A stretch of 6,908 nt of DNA from a virus, in the IMG/VR virus record IMGVR_UViG_3300045988_003386, positions 1-6,908 of that record. One strand, written 5' to 3'. This document shows positions 1-4,587 of the stretch, one piece after another. Every line of letters begins with the position of its first letter. Within the stretch, counting starts at the first letter, position 1. The notes beneath the pieces are model-generated. The model ran no database searches. It had not been told where the DNA came from and worked only from the letters and a program-made list of their open reading frames with translations. The position numbers and the translations under genes were made by a program.

Positions 1-877
1 CCGGCGCCACCCGTGAAGTTCGTATTAATTCTGATCTTTCCGCCCTTTCAATTCGTGCCACTGAATATCTTCAGCGTTGGAAAGAAGTAGTACAGTTCTC
101 TAGTAAGGACTATTCAGACCAGATGGCCGCTCAATTTGGTATTAAGGCTCCTGAATACATGGGAAATCATGCTCATTATATTGGAGGTTGGTCCAATGTG
201 ATTAATATTAATGAGGTTTTGAATACCAATTTGACAGATGATAGATCTCAGGCTGTTATTGCTGGTAAAGGCGTAGGTTCTCAATCTGGTCATACTATTA
301 ATTACGATTGTGGTGCTGAACATCAGGTTATTATGTGTGTATACCATGCTGTTCCCTTGCTTGATTGGTCTCTTAAGGGACATAATCCTCAGTTGTTGTG
401 TACGTCTATTTCTGATTTTCCCCAACCTGCATTTGATCAGTTGGGTATGCAACCTGTTCCTTCTTTAGCGCTTAATAACAGCCCGTCTTCTCCTGCTGGT
501 AGTATTGGATATAATCTGCGCTATTGGCAGTGGAAATCTGCAGTTGATACGGTTCATGGTGGATTCCGTCCTGCTGCTGCTTATCACTCTTGGGTTGCTC
601 CGCTTGAAGGTTCTCAGATACAGGTCTCCGGTCAGTCTTCATTGAGTTATCAATCATTTAAGATTCGGCCACAGCAATTGAACTCTATTTTTGAGCCCCA
701 GATTACTACTAGTAAATATAGCGTGGCTTATGATCAGTTATTGTGTAATGTTAATTTCAAGGTTTACGCTGTCCAGAATTTGGATAGAAATGGTTTACCT
801 TATTAATTGTATTGTTATGAGAAAATTTGCTTATATTAATCCTGAGTTTGAACAGGATACTGTGATTCCCGAATTGA
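1..877. repeat. Left arm of a perfect 877-nt terminal inverted repeat, the exact reverse complement of 6032..6908
   Basis: Read directly: 1..122 is the reverse complement of 6787..6908, and 807..877 is the reverse complement of 6032..6102. Four ORF pairs in the track translate identically (123..806/6103..6786, 114..452/6457..6795, 472..657/6252..6437, 691..876/6033..6218). Identity ends at 878 versus 6031. The arm holds the last 806 nt of the capsid gene plus the first 20 codons of the next gene, in the opposite orientation to every other gene in the window. Confidence 0.97.
3..806 (+). CDS. VP1: Major capsid protein VP1/F, C-terminal 267 codons. This is an inverted duplicate of 6103..6906 with no N-terminus, so probably not a functional gene copy.
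   Basis: The open frame runs from position 3 (GATREVRINSDLSALSIRATEYLQRWKEVVQFSSKDYSDQMAAQFGIKAPEYMGNHAHYIGGW...) to TAA at 804..806. The ATG at 123 used by the ORF track is an internal Met. Motifs look typical of the Microviridae capsid C-terminal half: LQRW...FG(I/V)...PEY(L/M)GG, DFPQPAFDQLGMQPV, GYNLRYWQWK..DTVHGGFR, and a terminal NGLPY. Confidence 0.8.
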   Translation, partial: GATREVRINSDLSALSIRATEYLQRWKEVVQFSSKDYSDQMAAQFGIKAPEYMGNHAHYIGGWSNVININEVLNTNLTDDRSQAVIAGKGVGSQSGHTINYDCGAEHQVIMCVYHAVPLLDWSLKGHNPQLLCTSISDFPQPAFDQLGMQPVPSLALNNSPSSPAGSIGYNLRYWQWKSAVDTVHGGFRPAAAYHSWVAPLEGSQIQVSGQSSLSYQSFKIRPQQLNSIFEPQITTSKYSVAYDQLLCNVNFKVYAVQNLDRNGLPY

Positions 878-1831
878 AAGGGCGGAAAGATCAGAATTAA
901 TACGAACTTCACGGGTGGCGCCGGTAGAATTCGCAGCGTAAGTACCAATAGAGGTTGCACCCGCCGGATTCATAAGAGAAGAACCACGAACAGAAGAACC
1001 AACAGCAGGATCAAGAGAAGGCAACGTAGCTACCGAGCCATATTGAGAAGCAGGAAGAACACCGAGGAAATAGTCTTTAGGATAATTCGCATAGCGAAGT
1101 TTAATCATATCAGCAGAAATTTCAACAGAACTCTTACCGTCCCAATAGTCAACATTATAAGAATAAGCCAAATGCTTCTCCCACTGAGAATTAGAGAAGA
1201 AATCGAAGTAAATCTTCTGATAAGCAAAAATAGGAAGGAGATTCAAATTAACACTAGTACCATAAATAAGAGGATTCTGACTATCAGATATTGAAGTTGT
1301 GTCAAGACCAAGATATTGCATAGTAATATTTTTTTTACTAGAGTTGCCAGTACCAATAAATGAACCATAACCAAGCATATCCAATAACTTACAAGAGCCA
1401 TAAGCGAAACCGAAGCCAGCATCATCAACAGTAAGGGCAGTTACACGAGCCGCAATCTCAGCAGAGATATTACCAACAGGAGCATAAGGGACACTAGACA
1501 GCTGTTCCGTATTAGCAGAATTAGAAGCAGCAGAAGTCATATAATCCGACATCTGGGTAAACGCCTGTGGAAGCGCACGAGAAATTAGACGCAACGGAAC
1601 AGCATAAAAATCATAATACTCTTTAATACGAGTATAAGCAGCTGTGTTTACCGGAACAGTACGGGTAAACCAATCAGATGAAATACGATACTTATTACCT
1701 GGAATAGCAATCTGCCAGTAACAGGGTAAAATTTCGCCAATCTTAGCAGTAAACAACTTTTTCGAACTCAAATCAAAAGAAGACCGATGGGTAGGAATTT
1801 TTGCTCGGTCTAACGGAGAAAAATCACTCAT
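836..1831 (-). CDS. VP1: Major capsid protein VP1/F, N-terminal part. The sequence is authentic from 1831 down to 870. The last ~11 codons and the stop (869..836) come from the fold-back junction.
   Basis: ATG at 1831..1829. The protein MSDFSPLDRAKIPTHRSSFDLSSKKLFTAKIGEILPCYW... includes RYANYPKDYFLGVLPASQYG, resembling the conserved DYFT..LP..Q(K/R)G capsid block. The tail ...STGATREVRINSDLSALSIR then continues in frame as ATEYLQRW... at the other contig end (6908 downward, equivalent to 1 upward). join(complement 925..1831, complement 6103..6908) is 1,713 nt, i.e. 570 codons plus stop. Confidence 0.9.
   Translation of the reverse strand: MSDFSPLDRAKIPTHRSSFDLSSKKLFTAKIGEILPCYWQIAIPGNKYRISSDWFTRTVPVNTAAYTRIKEYYDFYAVPLRLISRALPQAFTQMSDYMTSAASNSANTEQLSSVPYAPVGNISAEIAARVTALTVDDAGFGFAYGSCKLLDMLGYGSFIGTGNSSKKNITMQYLGLDTTSISDSQNPLIYGTSVNLNLLPIFAYQKIYFDFFSNSQWEKHLAYSYNVDYWDGKSSVEISADMIKLRYANYPKDYFLGVLPASQYGSVATLPSLDPAVGSSVRGSSLMNPAGATSIGTYAANSTGATREVRINSDLSALSIRESQYPVQTQD
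870..924. repeat. 55-nt direct repeat of 6854..6908, the circular-closure overlap. Its first 8 nt (870..877, cgaattga) are shared with the inverted-repeat arm.
   Basis: 870..924 (cgaattgaaagggcggaaagatcagaattaatacgaacttcacgggtggcgccgg) is identical to 6854..6908. Position 869 (c) differs from 6853 (a). Confidence 0.95.
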
Positions 1832-1849
1832 AATTAATTAATATTAAAG

Positions 1850-3529
1850 TTAAACCATACAGTTAAATATATTATTAGCATCATTAAGTTTTTTATGCTT
1901 AATCATATCACGACAGAATGTTGAACTACGGTGCCGGAGTTGCTCAAGGAGTTGAACTGTTTCACGTGAAACAGACTGCAAGACATCTGATTCCTGCCCG
2001 TTCGCAGGCAGAACAAACATACAATCCGAGAGTTCAGGGTATTGGGAACGAAGGGCATATACATCTCGCAAATTTTTATAATTCGCTTTCTTTTCATAAT
2101 CTATGCCTGTTTTAATGATAAAATTAATACGACCGGAATAAGCACTAATATCAGAGCCGAAGAGAGGAAGATGCCAGTTACGGAAGAACTTAAAGACATA
2201 TAAGAACAACCTATATAACTTATTAATATAAGACTCAACATTGACATCACTAGAGCAGTTAACGAACCTAGTAAGACACCGAGAAGCATGTAATATAATT
2301 TTGTCATCATCAGTAAGAATAGAATTAACCTTAAGATACTTATAATAAGTACGAACAAGGTCTAAAATTGAATCCTGTTTGTAATCAACGAACCCGAATC
2401 TCGCAATTCTCTTTGGCGTTCGATGAACAGCGAGAAGAATTCGAGTAATCGCAATACCATCATCATTGCAAGCAGACGAGAATCGGGGGAGTAAGGAACG
2501 GATATACGACATGGGTGGAGTTGACCGAACACAGACACCATTGAAGTTATAGATTCTTCCGTTAACGACAGAATCGATTTTTTGCTCAATTTGCGCATAA
2601 GGGTCTCCACTTTCCACGTAGTCGCAGCCCTTTTCAAAAAATCCAACAGACGCTCGCGATCTGGGTCTAAACGCGCGGCATGAGCGATATAACAGGGGAG
2701 AAGTACACAGGCTGTTAACGTAACTCGCAACGTACGAGCCAGCTCCGCCAGCGGCACGTTGGAAATCTGAACGACCGAGTTTCCAACTCTTATCGTGACA
2801 GTATCGTAGAACCTTCGAGACTTTGTCCGAGTTTGTGAATAATAAGAGATGATAATGCGGACGGAAATGCACGGGTCCGTACTCACCCACAGCGTAGAAA
2901 TGTAACGTTTCATAAGAACCTAATGTTTGAAATAAATGTTTACGCAAGCGTTTAATATAATTCTGAACATCAACATAGTTTAGGAAGGGAATAAGATTAT
3001 CACGACCATATTGTGAAGAAGCGGGATAGTCCGTTTTGTCAACGGCCTGCGTCTTAGTGATAAAACTACGAATAGCATCCATACTAAGAAACCAATTATC
3101 CTTAACAGGTGAATATTCCTTAAGTTCACGGTCAAACGGCACAGTACCTTGAACCTGCGTGAAAAAAATATGGCGCAACATGGAGTTATCATCACATTGA
3201 TATTCAGAGACAGGGATATATTGATGATGTTCATTACCAAAATGTATATCTCCTGAAATGCCTAAGGCATCCTCATAATCGCTATGGAGAACACTGCAAT
3301 TCATAAGAGGAATATGTTCATTGTCATAAGTAAGAGTTACAAAATAAGAATACTTGAAAGCACTGCCAGCGGTCTTCACACGCATAGACGCTTTTTTAGC
3401 TTTCTTATGGATACAATAATCACATTGACCGCAATCTACGGCAATACGTGCACCGGTGTATTTATTCGTGATAAAGGAACGATGCTGACAATGATCAACA
3501 GCCTTAAACAAATCAGGAGAAAATTTCAT
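1850..3529 (-). CDS. VP4: Replication initiation protein VP4 (rolling-circle HUH endonuclease, phiX A-like), 559 aa
   Basis: ATG at 3529..3527, TAA at 1852..1850. It has a CGQCDYC cysteine cluster (aa 33-39, nt 3413..3433), RCR motif I FVTLTYD (aa 63-69, nt 3323..3343), motif II HUH PHYHLLLF (HYHLLLF at nt 2837..2857) and motif III tyrosines GSYVASYVNS (YVASYV at nt 2717..2734). This is the only long ORF across the region; the other frames are low-complexity shadows. Confidence 0.92.
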   Translation of the reverse strand: MKFSPDLFKAVDHCQHRSFITNKYTGARIAVDCGQCDYCIHKKAKKASMRVKTAGSAFKYSYFVTLTYDNEHIPLMNCSVLHSDYEDALGISGDIHFGNEHHQYIPVSEYQCDDNSMLRHIFFTQVQGTVPFDRELKEYSPVKDNWFLSMDAIRSFITKTQAVDKTDYPASSQYGRDNLIPFLNYVDVQNYIKRLRKHLFQTLGSYETLHFYAVGEYGPVHFRPHYHLLLFTNSDKVSKVLRYCHDKSWKLGRSDFQRAAGGAGSYVASYVNSLCTSPLLYRSCRAFRPRSRASVGFFEKGCDYVESGDPYAQIEQKIDSVVNGRIYNFNGVCVRSTPPMSYIRSLLPRFSSACNDDGIAITRILLAVHRTPKRIARFGFVDYKQDSILDLVRTYYKYLKVNSILTDDDKIILHASRCLTRFVNCSSDVNVESYINKLYRLFLYVFKFFRNWHLPLFGSDISAYSGRINFIIKTGIDYEKKANYKNLRDVYALRSQYPELSDCMFVLPANGQESDVLQSVSRETVQLLEQLRHRSSTFCRDMIKHKKLNDANNIFNCMV

Positions 3530-3531
3530 AA

Positions 3532-3840
3532 TTACTTGCGTTTATCAATCACTTGGTGACGATTACGAATACCAAATGAAATATGAATAAATGTAGGATA
3601 CAATATTAACTGATCAAACACATGAGTATAATCCGAAAATTTATGAATATACATGAGCAATTGATCATAAGTAGTAGAACCATAAGGCTTCACATCAATA
3701 GCATCTCCGGACAAATGCTGAGAGGTAGGAGCACCACCGCAAGCCTTATTTTGTCCAGGAGTACGACGAGCACTAGTTATCGTAAAATGAACATTAGAAT
3801 ATAACAAGGACTCAAGAAAATGCATAAGAGTATAATTCAT
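3532..3840 (-). CDS. Small zinc D,D-/L,D-peptidase of the LAS / Peptidase_M15 type (cell-wall hydrolase), 102 aa
   Basis: ATG at 3840..3838. The protein carries the LAS metallopeptidase signature SxHxxGxAxD as S40-Q-H42-L-S-G45-D-A47-I-D49 (nt 3694..3723, verified codon by codon). This is preceded by ITSARRTPGQNKACGG (compare SGYR...N..vGG) and followed by a distal FIH85IS histidine (compare fvHvD). The stop at 3534..3532 lies 2 nt before the VP4 ATG. Confidence 0.8.
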   Translation of the reverse strand: MNYTLMHFLESLLYSNVHFTITSARRTPGQNKACGGAPTSQHLSGDAIDVKPYGSTTYDQLLMYIHKFSDYTHVFDQLILYPTFIHISFGIRNRHQVIDKRK

Positions 3841-3920
3841 AACCCAATAGCATTAAGAATATAACCAAGAGCGGCAGAAACGGCTCCAATTATAATTTTC
3901 CAAATATTATTACTTTTCAT
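3837..3920 (-). CDS. 27-aa single-pass membrane peptide (MKSNNIWKIIIGAVSAALGYILNAIGL), a candidate holin-like or membrane-targeting partner of the peptidase
   Basis: ATG at 3920..3918. It exactly fills the only otherwise noncoding gap (3841..3909) in a tightly packed gene string. Its TGA overlaps the peptidase ATG (ATGA at 3840..3837) and its ATG overlaps the last codons of the upstream 64-aa ORF. A short polar N-terminus (K2, K8) is followed by 19 uninterrupted hydrophobic or small residues. It is too short for statistical gene calling, and an in-frame upstream extension to GTG 4061 / ATG 4058 (74 aa) is possible. Confidence 0.45.
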   Translation of the reverse strand: MKSNNIWKIIIGAVSAALGYILNAIGL

Positions 3921-4104
3921 CACTTTGAGTTTTAAGGTTAATAAAATCATTTTCTTCTTTAATCGAATCCACAATAACAATAAGACCCAACGGAGAAATT
4001 CGCTCAGAATAATTTCCAAGACCATCGAGAGAATTGACAACATAAGGCGAAATAACATCACGGCCAGTGTTTTTGTCTTTAACTGAGATAATAAATTTCA
4101 ACAT
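3910..4104 (-). CDS. Hypothetical 64-aa protein (MLKFIISVKDKNTGRDVISPYVVNSLDGLGNYSERISPLGLIVIVDSIKEENDFINLKTQSDEK)
   Basis: The ORF in the track runs 3910..4218 (ATG at 4218). I prefer the internal ATG at 4104..4102, because the upstream 38 codons run through homopolymer tracts and the predicted promoter (4155..4185). The composition is balanced and protein-like. I recognise no motif. Confidence 0.5.
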   Translation of the reverse strand: MLKFIISVKDKNTGRDVISPYVVNSLDGLGNYSERISPLGLIVIVDSIKEENDFINLKTQSDEK

Positions 4105-4154
4105 AATTGTAATAATTTTTAAAGTGTTAATAATGATTGTAACTTCTACTGGGA

Positions 4155-4185
4155 CAAAGGTATGGTTTTTTTTTGTATTTCCAAA
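4155..4185 (-). promoter_or_regulatory. Candidate Bacteroidota-type sigma-A promoter: -33 TTTG, 19-nt spacer, -7 TACCTTTG (TAnnTTTG)
   Basis: The minus-strand reading of 4185..4155 is TTTG-gaaatacaaaaaaaaacca-TACCTTTG. It lies ~50 nt upstream of the ATG at 4104 and at the 3' edge of the large noncoding region, where a promoter for the 64-aa/27-aa/peptidase/VP4/VP1... gene string would be expected. This is a motif match only, and I did not scan the whole window exhaustively for other matches. Confidence 0.45.
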
Positions 4186-4204
4186 TGTTTTTTTCAGAAA
4201 TTGT

Positions 4205-4525
4205 GGGGATAGGACCATTTGTAGTGGAGTGTGAGTTGTGCGTTTATGGACAAGGGGATGGAGAATTCGAGGGGATAACTCGAATTTCCTTCGGACACAA
4301 CTAGGGGCTTCGCATAATTAACAAGTGGATGTATACAGGGGTGTATAGGCACGGCAAGGCAGAAAGCTGTCTTGCCTTTGCGCACTCCGTGCTAAAATAC
4401 CGGAGCGGAACGCTCCTATAAGGAAGTCGCTCCGCTCCGTTTTTCGATCAGGCCCTACGCGGGCGGCGGGTGTATATCGCTCAAACGCCGCGATGGGCTT
4501 TTAGTCCTGAAGAATGTCAGGAACC
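4205..4525. other. Structured noncoding region carrying a cluster of stem-loops and a GGGGAT repeat. Candidate functions are complementary-strand origin, terminator or attachment region.
   Basis: Hairpins read directly: 4264..4271/4279..4286 (aattcgag/ctcgaatt, 7-nt loop); 4332..4337/4342..4347 (tataca/tgtata, gggg loop); 4353..4362/4367..4376 (ggcaaggcag/ctgtcttgcc, one G-T pair, aaag loop); 4401..4409/4431..4439 (cggagcgga/tccgctccg); 4452..4455+4458..4462 with 4488..4492+4495..4498 (gccc, cgcgg / ccgcg, gggc); 4505..4510/4517..4522 (tcctga/tcagga). The only ORF of 60 aa or more here is a GTG-start 63-aa frame running through the stems. Confidence 0.7.
4393..4444. terminator. GC-rich 9-bp (extendable) hairpin flanked by T/A runs on both sides. 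It is a candidate intrinsic terminator downstream of VP2 and looks bidirectional.
   Basis: On the plus strand, the stem cggagcgga(4401..4409)...tccgctccg(4431..4439) is followed by gttttt (4439..4444). On the minus (coding) strand, the same stem is followed by GTATTTTAG (the complement of 4400..4392). It lies ~150 nt downstream of the VP2 stop at 4588. Confidence 0.45.
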
Positions 4526-4587
4526 TTTGGATACAATGTATAAGTATGCTCATAACTTTACAAGAAAGAGAATAGATTTACTTGCGA

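Noticed and set aside
201-212. A perfect 12-nt palindrome ATTAATATTAAT (also at 6697..6708) containing the phiX-origin octamer ATATTAAT
   Set aside because: It lies inside VP1 codons (NVININEV), is extremely AT-rich, and lacks the AACTT flank seen at the 1832..1852 site. It is kept only as a secondary candidate in the origin finding.
1-877. An invertible capsid segment, shufflon or diversity-generating retroelement acting on the VP1 C-terminus
   Set aside because: The two copies are identical wherever I compared them, with no adenine-specific or other variation. There is no reverse transcriptase, invertase or recombinase gene in the window. Inversion between these arms would not produce an alternative intact capsid gene.
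1329-1336. An A8 homopolymer on the coding strand within VP1 (codons SSKKNIT) as a possible slippage or frameshift site
   Set aside because: There is no downstream alternative frame of meaningful length and no stimulatory structure. The in-frame product aligns with capsid motifs on both sides.
1903-3240. Alternative-frame and antisense ORFs inside VP4 (1903..2097, 1918..2115, 2101..2358, 2362..2913, 2980..3240), and similar ones inside VP1, the peptidase, VP2 and the 147-aa gene (1043..1294, 1243..1428, 3284..3559, 3622..3804, 4792..4974, 4971..5222, 4981..5394, 5793..6152)
   Set aside because: They are fully embedded in ORFs that carry strong family motifs. They are Leu/Ile/Arg/Ser-rich low-complexity sequences, as expected from off-frame reading of a T-rich coding strand. 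Plus-strand genes would break the single-strand polarity universal in Microviridae.
4205-4341. A G-quadruplex formed by five GGGG tracts
   Set aside because: The tracts are separated by roughly 13 to 45 nt, far beyond canonical G4 loop lengths. They lie on the non-packaged, non-coding strand.
4304-4350. A dif-like Xer recombination site (tcgcataat resembles the XerC arm GCGCATAAT of E. coli dif)
   Set aside because: Only one half-site matches. The expected 6-nt spacer plus XerD arm (TTATGTTAAAT-like) is not present on either strand. I do not know the dif consensus of the probable host.
4194-4385. 63-aa minus-strand ORF in the noncoding region
   Set aside because: It has a GTG start (cac at 4383..4385), runs through several hairpin stems and the predicted promoter, and has an odd composition. 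It would also lie between the predicted terminator and promoter.
4380-4525. A tRNA, tmRNA fragment or CRISPR repeat in the GC-rich patch
   Set aside because: On neither strand could I draw a cloverleaf, meaning no GTTCRANYC-type T-loop and no acceptor/anticodon arm geometry. The hairpins are all different sequences with no repeat-spacer periodicity.
4526-4560. A plus-strand Bacteroides-like promoter (TTTG at 4526..4529, TAACTTTA at 4553..4560)
   Set aside because: The -7 element lacks the terminal G, the spacer is 23 nt, and it would only drive antisense transcription into VP2.
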